Origin: Bdellovibrionota bacterium FG-1
GTDB lineage: Bacteria > Bdellovibrionota > UBA1018
Direction: 5' to 3'
Length of the DNA stretch: 43,363 bases
Assembly: GCA_051382295.1 (NCBI GenBank)
Contig: JBBCAW010000028.1
Coordinates: forward strand, 1-43,363
The position numbers were made by a program, and so were the translations under genes. The notes beneath the pieces are model-generated. The model was not told the origin of the DNA and ran no database searches. It saw only the letters and a list, made by a program, of their open reading frames with translations. Below, piece after piece: positions 8,652 to 17,681 of this stretch. The first letter of the stretch is position 1; every line of letters starts with the position of its first letter.

Positions 8652-9860
8652 TCAATCTTTCTTCCGGTGATCGTAAAGGCTGACGACTTTTTCCATCACG
8701 GCCTCCTCGGTCGGAATGAAGCGGAGTACCTCGGTTGCACCGGCCTCGTCGATCCCGGCAAGACGGATGTAACGCTGCATTGTTTTTAGGTCGCGCCAGC
8801 CGCAGATTTTCATCACCACCGTTGCGGGTATGCCAGTTGAAATGAGCTGCGTCGCAAAGCAGGCGCGGAGCGTGTGGAACTTTATGGATGGCAAGCGATT
8901 GCCGATGCAGAAGGCCCGCAAGGTTCTGGCTTGTCCACCCTTGTTCCAGTCCGAGAATCTTGGCAAAAGAAAGTCATCTGGCCGCAATCGTTCGAGTTGC
9001 CGTTCGTTCATCAGAAACCAATAGACCTCGCTCGAAACGGGAACGGTTCGCCAATAGCCAGCCTTCGTGGGGCCAACCTGCTTGAACCGGGTGTTCCAGC
9101 TTTTTCGAACGCGAATAAATCCGTATCGTTTCTGGTGAAAGGGCTTCTGGTCTTCTTCAATCGCGGCTTCCCTGGAAATAACCTCGACATCGCCTCTCTT
9201 GAGCTGATGGAGTTCGCCGCTGCGGCAGCCGGTGAGGACGGCTACCACCCAGACCGGGTACCACGGGTGGTTTTGCTCCCTTGCCTTGCGTAGAAGGGTT
9301 TTGATTTCCTCGCTGGTCAAAACCTCCGGGCGGCGCTCTTCGCGCTCCATCTGAACTTCCAGGCCAAATACCGGGCTTTCATGAACGCCGGTAATGTGGC
9401 GTTCTTCGATGCCCCACTTATAGATGACGTTGATCGTGTTCTTAATTTTCTTGCGGAAGGCGCCGTTTTTTCCGGCAGCTTCGGCGAGCCGGTCGATTTC
9501 CCGCCCGTCGCCACGATTCAGCTCGGACGCGATTCTTTTTAGCCACGGCGTTGTCCAATTTCGCATGAGCGCCGCGTGATCTGGGACGGTCGCGACCGCG
9601 TAATGCCTCGTGGGGAAAAGCTCTTGCTGTGCGACCCAGCGGTCAATGACATCGCCCCAGCAAAGCCCCTGGGCCTCAAGTTTGGTGATTTGCTCGGACA
9701 ACTCTCGAATGAGGCGCTTTTCCTCGGCGTTCGCTTCGCGCTCAGATGTGAGACCGTTGACGCGCTTCTGCACGCGGGCAGTTGAGCTTCCTCGTCCTCG
9801 AAGGTCGAGATAAACCCGCCAAAAAATTTTGCCGTCTTTTTCGTATTTGGTAATGGCCAT
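8652..9860 (-). CDS. int: Tyrosine recombinase/integrase
   Basis: TGCRSGE (R), PTK (K), FHTLR (HxxR), CGW....MQRY (W, Y); GGAGG RBS. Confidence 0.93.
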   Translation of the reverse strand: MAITKYEKDGKIFWRVYLDLRGRGSSTARVQKRVNGLTSEREANAEEKRLIRELSEQITKLEAQGLCWGDVIDRWVAQQELFPTRHYAVATVPDHAALMRNWTTPWLKRIASELNRGDGREIDRLAEAAGKNGAFRKKIKNTINVIYKWGIEERHITGVHESPVFGLEVQMEREERRPEVLTSEEIKTLLRKAREQNHPWYPVWVVAVLTGCRSGELHQLKRGDVEVISREAAIEEDQKPFHQKRYGFIRVRKSWNTRFKQVGPTKAGYWRTVPVSSEVYWFLMNERQLERLRPDDFLLPRFSDWNKGGQARTLRAFCIGNRLPSIKFHTLRACFATQLISTGIPATVVMKICGWRDLKTMQRYIRLAGIDEAGATEVLRFIPTEEAVMEKVVSLYDHRKKD

Positions 9861-9874
9861 GAATCCTCCCTTGG

Positions 9875-10096
9875 TTAAAAGGCTGAGGATTCAAGCAATC
9901 GATCGAGTTCAATCCTTCGAAAATAAAGCCGGCGTCGGAACTTTCGGGGCCGGAGATAACCCCGGAACACCATAATTCTCAGCGCATTGGCCGTTTTCCT
10001 AAGGTACTTCGCAGCATCCTTCGAATCTAGCCAGGTGAGGCAGTTGAAATCCACCTCATCTGGTTCCCTGTCAGTCGCGATTTCAAGTGTAGTCAT
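9875..10096 (-). CDS. Excisionase-like HTH protein
   Basis: WLDSKDAAKYL.....LR.MV.RG.L...KF.RRLYF...ELD, immediately upstream of the integrase. Confidence 0.8.
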   Translation of the reverse strand: MTTLEIATDREPDEVDFNCLTWLDSKDAAKYLRKTANALRIMVFRGYLRPRKFRRRLYFRRIELDRLLESSAF

Positions 10097-10130
10097 TATT
10101 TCCCCATTTTCCAAGATGTTCGGTGCCTTT

Positions 10131-10499
10131 TTATTTTACGGTGAAAAAGAACTGGTATTGCTTGGAGCCCCAGGACGAAGCCGCGATCCAGACCGGGCGA
10201 ATGACGCGCCAAGCGGCCCGAAAGACACCATAGGAGTAGCGGTCGTATTCTTCCCGCTTTATAAGCCCCAGGATCAAAAACAGCTCAGGGTATAGGGGCG
10301 TATAAAAGACCACCATGCGCGCAAAGCGATTCAAGATGTGTAATGCGATGTTTCTAACGTGCAGGGCAAACAACGCAGCGAAGCTCGAAAAGAAGACCAA
10401 ACGGACGATGCGGTAGTCCGCCGCGCCAAGTTCGTGTCGGACCCACGCCCCGAGGAGTTCGAAAAATAAGATTACAAATGAAACAATGGCATGAATCAT
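10131..10499 (-). CDS. Small membrane protein, hypothetical
   Basis: Two to three hydrophobic segments; tightly packed in the operon. Confidence 0.6.
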   Translation of the reverse strand: MIHAIVSFVILFFELLGAWVRHELGAADYRIVRLVFFSSFAALFALHVRNIALHILNRFARMVVFYTPLYPELFLILGLIKREEYDRYSYGVFRAAWRVIRPVWIAASSWGSKQYQFFFTVK

Positions 10500-10502
10500 A
10501 AG

Positions 10503-10847
10503 TTACCTCTCCACCGCAGTCTCGGTGCCAGCCTGGAGCAGGACACCCAGGAATTCATCTTTCGACACCTTGCCGTTCGCGGCGCAGTAGTCTTGATAGC
10601 GTTTCTCCAGACGATCTTTATTGGAGAGCGTCCGGTCCTTGAGCGCATCCAGATGGTCAGGCTTGATTAATGTGATCGCGAGGGCGACATAGTCGTCCGG
10701 CGTGACGGGCCGACCGAAGCTTTTGCGGTTGATCACCGCGACCTCGGCCTGGATCTTTTTTTTGGTTTCGCGCTTGACGCGGAGACTGTCGGTCTTGAGT
10801 TTGGTTTTCTTACTGGCTTGTACAGTCTGCGTAGTTTCAGTGTTCAT
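10503..10847 (-). CDS. Hypothetical protein downstream of the relaxase (possible DNA-binding accessory protein)
   Basis: AAGGGGG RBS; basic N-terminus; operonic position. Confidence 0.7.
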   Translation of the reverse strand: MNTETTQTVQASKKTKLKTDSLRVKRETKKKIQAEVAVINRKSFGRPVTPDDYVALAITLIKPDHLDALKDRTLSNKDRLEKRYQDYCAANGKVSKDEFLGVLLQAGTETAVER

Positions 10848-10860
10848 AGGTACCCCCTTG

Positions 10861-12702
10861 TTATGGAAAACGGATTTCTCGCTCCAGGCCCACTTCGCGC
10901 GACATCGAATGCGACGGTGCCGTGAATGCGGGTGGCTCCCACGTCAAGTTGACCTCGATGTGGAACGGATCGAGTGAGTCACGGAGCGAGTCAAAGAAAT
11001 GCAAAATGTCTGGCGCATGGGTGCGCGACTGGCTGGTGCCGTCGATTACCGTCACGCGCTCCAGCTCGCGGCTTCGCGCCACGGCCTGGTGAACCGGCTT
11101 GAGCGACGGTGCGAGCAAGACGAGGAGCGCGGCATTGCTCGCCTCGGGATCAATATAAAGATTCGGGGCGCGCCGCAGGAATGACTCGGGCTCAAGGTAG
11201 ACATGCATTGCCTTGGCCTTTTTGGGATGGGAAGCGAAGAACGCGCCTTCGGCAGATCCCTGGCGCTTGGCTTGATAGCGGCCGCCTTCTTGCGGAACAT
11301 AGTCCATCGATCCATCTTCGTTGTTTCCTGAGAACAGACGGATGACGCCGTCGCGCCCGACATGCACATGCTGGCGTTTGAAGAGTTCACCATGAACTCG
11401 GTGATTGGGAGGGTGGCCCAGCCACCGGGAGAGGTAGGCGACGGCCTCGTTGCGTGACGCTTTCTCGCCCTTTGGGACGTAGAAAGACTGATACGACTTC
11501 TTCGCCTCGCCGAGATGCTGTTCGAGCAGCAGCAGCTTCGGGTTGTCATTCAGAATGGATACGGCGTGCAGGAATCCGACCTCACGGTGGGCGGCCACGA
11601 AGTCGATCGCGTTGCCACGGGTCTTGTTGCGATGGTTGGTCCAGGTGTAATCCGACACTTCAACGTAATCGCGGCCACGGAGCACGGTTCGGCCATCGTC
11701 GGTGCGCGAAAGGCCGATTTTGGTGCGATCACAATAGCCAAGAATACTTTGCAACTTGGCGCGCTGGATCTCTTCGATCGGGATCATGCTCTTGGCCAGT
11801 TCGTCCAAGCGCGGTTGGGTAACTCGATCAGCGCGGGTGGATACCAGGGGCGTCGTCGCCGGTGCGATCTGCTCCGCGTTGGTAAGTGCGCGCGGGGGTG
11901 TGCGATAGCCTGCGATCAGCCCGGAAAGGGTCGCGCGCAACTCCGGCGATGCTGTCACCCGCGCGCGGTTGGCTTCGAACTTCCGTTCGAGGCTGGGTTT
12001 GTCCAAACGAGGGTCGAGGTTTCGGCCACGTTTTCCGTGGGTTTTGTCCGGGTAGTAATAGGTGATGTTCTCGGGCTCGATGCGGACTTGCACGTCAAAC
12101 GCGTTGAGGATGGCAACATAGTCGTCATATCCGGTGGCATGGTGCCGGGCGAAATTGGCTTTGTTCGCCATGTCTACGACGTAGGAGCGCCCGCGCATGC
12201 GGTCGATCCGTTGTACCTTCTCGCTCAACCCGGAGCGGCGACGTTGCGCTTCTTTAGGAAGAACACTTAACCCTTGGGCCAAACATAATTCATCGCTCAC
12301 GTCCCGCAAGGTTTGCAGGTGGGCTTTTTTGTTTTGAATGCGCTCCCCGGTAGCTCCGCTTACCGGGTTGAGCGCGATGTGGTTGTGGAGGTGCGGAGCG
12401 TCAGTGTGAGTTTGAACAACGTACTGATGATTGGGCGCAAAGCGGGATACCAGCTCGACGCCCATCGCGTGAACCTGCTCAGGCGTAAGCCGTTTGCTAT
12501 CGGAGGGCGAGAAACTTTGAATGATGTGGATCAGCTCGTTACCCTTCGAACGCATCTTATCTTGGATTGCGACGCTATCCTTGCGGAGTGACTCCAGCCG
12601 GATGCCGTGCTCAGTCTGAGGGTTTTCCTCGCGCTCATTCGAGCGCAGGTACTTTTCAACCCGGTTGGCGTCTTGTACGAAGAGAATTTTAACGGTTGCC
12701 AT
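10861..12702 (-). CDS. MOBP-type relaxase with C-terminal primase-remnant/DUF3991-like region
   Basis: N-terminal Tyr (EKYL), HIIQSFSP, HTDAPHLHNHI 3H motif; RGNAIDFV...GFLHAV. Confidence 0.9.
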   Translation of the reverse strand: MATVKILFVQDANRVEKYLRSNEREENPQTEHGIRLESLRKDSVAIQDKMRSKGNELIHIIQSFSPSDSKRLTPEQVHAMGVELVSRFAPNHQYVVQTHTDAPHLHNHIALNPVSGATGERIQNKKAHLQTLRDVSDELCLAQGLSVLPKEAQRRRSGLSEKVQRIDRMRGRSYVVDMANKANFARHHATGYDDYVAILNAFDVQVRIEPENITYYYPDKTHGKRGRNLDPRLDKPSLERKFEANRARVTASPELRATLSGLIAGYRTPPRALTNAEQIAPATTPLVSTRADRVTQPRLDELAKSMIPIEEIQRAKLQSILGYCDRTKIGLSRTDDGRTVLRGRDYVEVSDYTWTNHRNKTRGNAIDFVAAHREVGFLHAVSILNDNPKLLLLEQHLGEAKKSYQSFYVPKGEKASRNEAVAYLSRWLGHPPNHRVHGELFKRQHVHVGRDGVIRLFSGNNEDGSMDYVPQEGGRYQAKRQGSAEGAFFASHPKKAKAMHVYLEPESFLRRAPNLYIDPEASNAALLVLLAPSLKPVHQAVARSRELERVTVIDGTSQSRTHAPDILHFFDSLRDSLDPFHIEVNLTWEPPAFTAPSHSMSREVGLEREIRFP

Positions 12703-13045
12703 AGTCCCTCATGGCTAGGGCGTGAAGGTCTTTCATCAGTTTGAACATCGCCGCGATCTGTTCGTTTACACCATCGTTGATGCCGCTGTTCGTGCGCTTG
12801 GCGACCTGGTTCATGTTATTGCCGATGGCGCCGAGTTGCCGGAGGATCTCGCGACTTGTCTCGTAGTCGAACGCGGGCGGGAGCAGTTCGGCGGCGCTGA
12901 AGTACCGGGTCTTGAGCAGCCAGGGAATGCTATGGCCCGTCAGCAGTTGATCGCGCTGAACGCGGCGGTATTCCACTGGCGTGAAGCGCACGCATGAGCT
13001 GTTGGAACAGGGAGTAGCAACCCTCTCGCCAGCTTCTTTGGTCAT
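12689..13045 (-). CDS. mobC: MobC relaxosome accessory protein
   Basis: VRFTPVEY, LRQLGAIGNNMNQVAKRTN; overlaps relaxase start; GAGGTG RBS before ATG 13045. Confidence 0.88.
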   Translation of the reverse strand: MTKEAGERVATPCSNSSCVRFTPVEYRRVQRDQLLTGHSIPWLLKTRYFSAAELLPPAFDYETSREILRQLGAIGNNMNQVAKRTNSGINDGVNEQIAAMFKLMKDLHALAMRDYGNR

Positions 13046-13049
13046 GACA

Positions 13050-13256
13050 CCCACCTCGGTTCGTTGCTCAATTCGTTGCACTTGCGCGCTTCGGAGTCGG
13101 CGGAATGGGCACATAACGCAGGAAGCTGTTGCGAAGAAAAAGGGCCAAAATCCGCAGACGCAAGCATGGACTCTGATATCAGAGCCCGTTTACCACCCCG
13201 AGGCCTTCGGCCCCGGACCCCTGTGAAAACGCCGGAGAAAGACGAAGGCGAAGACA
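13050..13256. other. Candidate oriT region
   Basis: Non-coding gap directly upstream of mobC-relaxase; contains a GGCCTTCGGCC hairpin and TGCTTGC on the minus strand; nic site not identified. Confidence 0.4.
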
Positions 13257-14741
13257 TCACAAACCTCCAATCGCGGCCCTGGCGGCAAGACCAGCGCCCG
13301 AGGAAACGCTTTCGGGCAGAGTGTCGGGCGCTGAATCTGAAAGCAGGGGGCGCAATCCCATGATGAGGGAACCCGTGAACAGCGGGCCGATCATGAGTTG
13401 CAGCCACGAGTACACGGCGAACGCCTGATAGAGCCGCGACGAGACGAGTGCCGCCGCGTAAAGCGATACGCCGTCGGTGAGTCGTCCGAACGTTTCGAGT
13501 GTTTCAAGGTTGAGCGCGAGCGTGGTGACGACGTGATAGAGCAGCGCCCAAAGTGGATTCCAAAGGCAGATACTCAGGTACGTCATCCACCACCAAACGA
13601 CGGGCTTCCAGTGGCCGGCGGCGAGAAAGAATACGAGGATCGGAAAGAATCCGACCAGCAGCATCTTTAGAAATCCTGAGACGTGCGGGGCGCGGGCGAA
13701 GTGATCGGATAATTCTAGCGAACGTTTCGCTGCGACCGAAGCGCCTTTGAGATCGCGACGGCCCAGGAGTGAGAGCACGCCGTCCATCGAGAATGCGCGG
13801 TTGAGGTATTGCATGATCCTGCCGCCGGTTCCGGGTAGCTCGGCGCCCTTTTCGACGCCCATCGTGCCCTCGCGGCCTTCGAGGTAGTGATTGACGAGCA
13901 AGTTCGAGGTCACCCAATTTTCATAGTTCTGGCCAAACCCCTGCCAGAACCTCGGGAGACCTGAGCCCTCGGCGACGGCGCGGTCGTAAACTGATGAGCG
14001 GTGGTGGGCGTAGTCCGTGAGCGCCTGGTTCATCCCGCGTTTGAGTTCCAGGCAGTTGCCGACGGGGCCGGTCCCGAGTGGAATCGCAGCGAGCTTTTGG
14101 TCGGCACCGTTCTCGCGCGAGAAGTAGCGATCGAGGAAGCCACCGTCCGTCGAAGGGTCATACTGCGGCAAGACCTTGCTCAAGCACTCTTCGGTGTAGA
14201 AATCGATACTCGACTTGAGACCGGGGTCGTCGATCGAGTCGGCGGCGGCTCCGAGCATGGCCTTGTAGAAAAAGTTGGCTGACGTTGCCTGCGGGTTGGT
14301 CCTACTGAATGTCGAATCCACGAGGAGCGCCAAGGCGCGGGCAATCTCCTCTGCTGAGGCCGAGAGCAGGCGAAACACGAGGCTGACCCGGTACTGGTCT
14401 TTTGCGTTCGAGACGTGACTTACGATGTAAGGGTTCTGGCTCCACGTCCCGCCCGCCATGTTCGCCGGACTCACGCTGGCGTCAACCTTCAGGAGCGAAA
14501 TCCCAAGGAAAAGGCAGAATACGAGGGCTACGACGCTGCCCACGGGCGCGCGATGCGTGCGCAGGAAAAACGGAATGTATCGGGATGCGAAGTGGACGAG
14601 GAACGTAAAGAAGGCGACGCCGAAGATGAGGATGAGCGCCGCTCGGAAGATTACCTGCGAGGTGATCCAGCGGGTGACCTCTTCCTGGAACTGAAGACCC
14701 ATTTGTAAGTACAGCGCTTCGTAAGCTGTGTTGGCGTACAT
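13257..14741 (-). CDS. traG: TraG N-terminal-domain-like inner-membrane T4SS protein
   Basis: N- and C-terminal TM clusters, FYTEEC and C..LK periplasmic cysteines, G.LKMLL...FP.L and LWNPLW. Confidence 0.7.
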   Translation of the reverse strand: MYANTAYEALYLQMGLQFQEEVTRWITSQVIFRAALILIFGVAFFTFLVHFASRYIPFFLRTHRAPVGSVVALVFCLFLGISLLKVDASVSPANMAGGTWSQNPYIVSHVSNAKDQYRVSLVFRLLSASAEEIARALALLVDSTFSRTNPQATSANFFYKAMLGAAADSIDDPGLKSSIDFYTEECLSKVLPQYDPSTDGGFLDRYFSRENGADQKLAAIPLGTGPVGNCLELKRGMNQALTDYAHHRSSVYDRAVAEGSGLPRFWQGFGQNYENWVTSNLLVNHYLEGREGTMGVEKGAELPGTGGRIMQYLNRAFSMDGVLSLLGRRDLKGASVAAKRSLELSDHFARAPHVSGFLKMLLVGFFPILVFFLAAGHWKPVVWWWMTYLSICLWNPLWALLYHVVTTLALNLETLETFGRLTDGVSLYAAALVSSRLYQAFAVYSWLQLMIGPLFTGSLIMGLRPLLSDSAPDTLPESVSSGAGLAARAAIGGL

Positions 14742-14754
14742 GGGCTGCTACAAG

Positions 14755-14875
14755 AGCAGGTGTTGTGCCAGGATGTGTGCGTTGATAGGCTCGTGAAATT
14801 ACAACGATTGGGATTTTTTATTGAGGGCGGATGAGGCCGGAAAGTCTACGTGGTGAGACTTGGGCGTAGACTTTC
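14755..14875 (-). promoter_or_regulatory. Sigma54 promoter P1 (traG-mob-int operon) with IHF-like site and palindromic UAS
   Basis: TGGCACAACACCTGCT at 14770-14755; IHF-like site at 14786; GAAAGTCTAC-N16-GTAGACTTTC at 14840-14875. Confidence 0.85.
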
Positions 14876-14943
14876 TGGGCGTCTGAGCTCGGATTGTTCG
14901 GTGCAACGACGATAAACGCAGACCTGCCGGGGTGGGAAGTTTA

Positions 14944-16257
14944 TCATTTCACTTCTGTCCAGAGGCCGTCTTCGACACGTCTGACCTTGGAAAAGTGTTC
15001 GTCAAATTCATCGCAATGGAAGCTATGAATCGGAATGATTGCTTTGGGGGCGACGGCTTCCACGAGTCTTTTGAGGTCACTCAGGTAAGCATGGCCAGAA
15101 CAATGAATATGAATGGGGCCACGAATCTCATTGATTGCGAGGAAGTCAGTAACATCGGTCATTCTTGGTAAATATCCACGCCAGAGTGAGTAGATGTAAG
15201 AAGCGCCGTTGAGGGCCTTTGTTGAAATACCAGAGGGCCATTCTGGGTCAAAGTCTCGAATCAGGCTGCCTCTGAAGCAGAATGTGAATAATTCGGGCGC
15301 TCTCGAAATTTCGTGAGCCAGGATCTGATGAACACGCAGAGGTGCAATTTGTCTATCTTGCGCTCTATTCCGAAGTGCGTTCCGGAGAAACGCGCGGTTC
15401 ATATAGACCTTTACGCCGTCCCAGCCAGGCTGAGGAAGACTGCTGACATTCAGAGCCTTAAATAGGCTGGCGGTATAGCCATCCATGACCAAGGTTCTTC
15501 CGGCCTTCAGGGTTGCTCGATAGATTGTTACCATTCGATCAATGTTCTGCGAACTTGCCTGGACGAGCACTAGGCCCGAAGTGTTTTTCATCTCGTCGAG
15601 AAAGAGGGGTTCGAGTTCCTGTTCTGTGACGTACTTCTCGTCACGCCCAATCATCGTACCTTCCATAAGAAACGAATCGATCTCCTTCGGAAGTGAGCGG
15701 ATTAAACTGTCCAGGCACCAGTGCTTCCGTCCGTGGCCTCGAAAGTCACCAGAATAGAATAGTCTCTGGTCATCAGCCTCTATTAAGAGCGCATAGGCGT
15801 CAAAGGCTGAGTGATCCATGAGAAACGGCGTGATGCGAAAGGGGCCGATTTCGAACGGATGCCGATCTGTATAGTGGTGCGGACTTCTAATCCCGGTTTT
15901 CATCGGAGTGTACTCTTCGGTGATCCTGATCAAGGTTGCGGCTTTTTCGCCCATGTAAAACGGGATACTTTCATGCACAAAGCGGGAAAGTCCGTAGTGA
16001 TCAATGTGCGGATGTGAAATGACGACGGCTTGGATTCCTGATGGGCTCCCATCATACAAACCCGGCAACTCGGGCAGGACTTTTTCTTGCACTAACTCGG
16101 TTACGCTTCTGCTTAGAATTTCGCGCGAAGAGAACGGGCCTTCTTCTGGCAGTGTTAGTGGCATGCCAATATCAAGAATGATTTTCTTTCCCTGAGCTTC
16201 GACCTCAATGAGATTTCCGCCAATCTCGTTCGCTCCGCGGTGGATTCGATATTTCAT
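14944..16257 (-). CDS. MBL-fold/beta-CASP (RNase J-like) metallo-hydrolase
   Basis: RGANEIGGN, SHPHIDH, DHSAFDA, SGDFRGHG, IHCSGHA, IPIH. Confidence 0.9.
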   Translation of the reverse strand: MKYRIHRGANEIGGNLIEVEAQGKKIILDIGMPLTLPEEGPFSSREILSRSVTELVQEKVLPELPGLYDGSPSGIQAVVISHPHIDHYGLSRFVHESIPFYMGEKAATLIRITEEYTPMKTGIRSPHHYTDRHPFEIGPFRITPFLMDHSAFDAYALLIEADDQRLFYSGDFRGHGRKHWCLDSLIRSLPKEIDSFLMEGTMIGRDEKYVTEQELEPLFLDEMKNTSGLVLVQASSQNIDRMVTIYRATLKAGRTLVMDGYTASLFKALNVSSLPQPGWDGVKVYMNRAFLRNALRNRAQDRQIAPLRVHQILAHEISRAPELFTFCFRGSLIRDFDPEWPSGISTKALNGASYIYSLWRGYLPRMTDVTDFLAINEIRGPIHIHCSGHAYLSDLKRLVEAVAPKAIIPIHSFHCDEFDEHFSKVRRVEDGLWTEVK

Positions 16258-17132
16258 ATGGCACCTCCGTTAATCAATTCGCAGTGGCACAGGGTGGGAA
16301 GATCGAAATTGCCGGTGCTCAAGAGCGCTAAGCGAATTTTGTGCTTAGAATATTCAAGGCGTTCCTTGAATCGTCCAAGAAGACGGCTTTTGGGGTTATA
16401 GGCGTATAGGACGGTGAGCGCCTGCACGGGTTGATTTGGGTCAATGTTTGGCATGTTTTCCGGCAAGAGGCCTAATTCTACTTTCTGTCGAATCATCCGG
16501 TTGAAAGAAATAATGAGAGTGTTCAAGGGATGTTCCGAATTTTCGCAAAACATTTGAAAGTACGGTGGGATTTGCTGATGAAGGCGCTGAATGCTGTTAT
16601 CCAGGCCAACCTTCAGTTCTGTAAGTACGAGCCCCCTGGACTCGCGGTCCACTCCCAACATGTCTAGCCGAGGTGCGCTTCCGTTCACACGAGCCTGACG
16701 GTCAAAGATCACTATACGAGAACTGTGGATCGAATTTGCTTTTGCGATGGCGTCCTCAATTCGGCCCTCGTCGCCCGTAAGAGGCATCGCATTGGCGGAA
16801 ATTGCGTTACGCTTTGCGCTCAGCCAATCAATGGTTGATCTGTCACACTCAAAACGGAAGTAATCGCCACTGTCCGACAGAGGTTTGGGCGGTAAAGTGA
16901 TCTGTTCGAGGTACTTTTTGTGAATTTTGACGGAATGGGAGTCGGTGAGACGGTCGTATGTGACCTCTGCTAAACAAGCTGCACCGTCGTATAACTTGAC
17001 TGTGTCGCGCGCTCCGAAATTGAGGCACCAATGCCCGGCCTTAGCCTCTTCTACCAGGGGGTGCAAGATCCCTGCTTTAAGCGCCTGAAACATCTGCTCT
17101 GATAACTCACGATATACTTGGTTTGTTTTCAT
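16254..17132 (-). CDS. PD-(D/E)XK nuclease-like hypothetical protein
   Basis: E..IE, RLDMLGV...LVLTELK...Q...Y; GGAGG RBS before ATG 17132; ATGA overlap with the MBL gene. Confidence 0.6.
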   Translation of the reverse strand: MKTNQVYRELSEQMFQALKAGILHPLVEEAKAGHWCLNFGARDTVKLYDGAACLAEVTYDRLTDSHSVKIHKKYLEQITLPPKPLSDSGDYFRFECDRSTIDWLSAKRNAISANAMPLTGDEGRIEDAIAKANSIHSSRIVIFDRQARVNGSAPRLDMLGVDRESRGLVLTELKVGLDNSIQRLHQQIPPYFQMFCENSEHPLNTLIISFNRMIRQKVELGLLPENMPNIDPNQPVQALTVLYAYNPKSRLLGRFKERLEYSKHKIRLALLSTGNFDLPTLCHCELINGGAI

Positions 17133-17301
17133 AAAAGCCTCCATACAAACCAGTTTACGCGATGCGTTATAAAACAGCAACTATAATTATATTATAATTT
17201 CAGTCCCATATAAAACAAGCACTTAGAACGATATCTATATGGAAATCCATAGATGTATATTTGATGATAACTGCAAATAGGCGTAGAATTGAGGGTAGCT
17301 A

Positions 17302-17646
17302 ATGGAGGCGGCAGCGATGAAAAAGGAAACAGACGAACAGTATTTTACTTCGGATAATAGGCTCTCTGAAAAAGGGAAAACCGCCGCTAGCAAGATATTG
17401 CTGCGTACTAATGAGGAAATTCAAAGGATCGGTGGCGTATCGAAGGCTGCTGTCTATAAATGGAACGCCAAAGAAAAGCCTGCGCCGATCTCGCCTAGGG
17501 GTAAAAGTGCTTTTCTGCGGTTGATTCAGAGCATTGATGAGCCTTCCGCGAAAAGAACTGGAAAAGCAATGTCGCTCTCCCAGGTGGCTACTGATGAACT
17601 TATAAGAGAACTGAAACGGCGCGGGGCGCGCCAAATACTTTTCTGA
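17302..17646 (+). CDS. Small HTH-like regulator, divergent from the nuclease pair
   Basis: NEEIQRIGGVSKAAVYKW HTH-like segment. Confidence 0.55.
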   Translation: MEAAAMKKETDEQYFTSDNRLSEKGKTAASKILLRTNEEIQRIGGVSKAAVYKWNAKEKPAPISPRGKSAFLRLIQSIDEPSAKRTGKAMSLSQVATDELIRELKRRGARQILF

Positions 17647-17681
17647 ACGGTCGACACATCGGCGAAACAGGCTATTTCACA

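Noticed and set aside
11515..12270. Long antisense ORFs (also 27549-28238, 22577-23119, 41065-41658 and others)
   Set aside because: Shadow frames of GC-rich, well-supported genes on the opposite strand, without recognisable motifs
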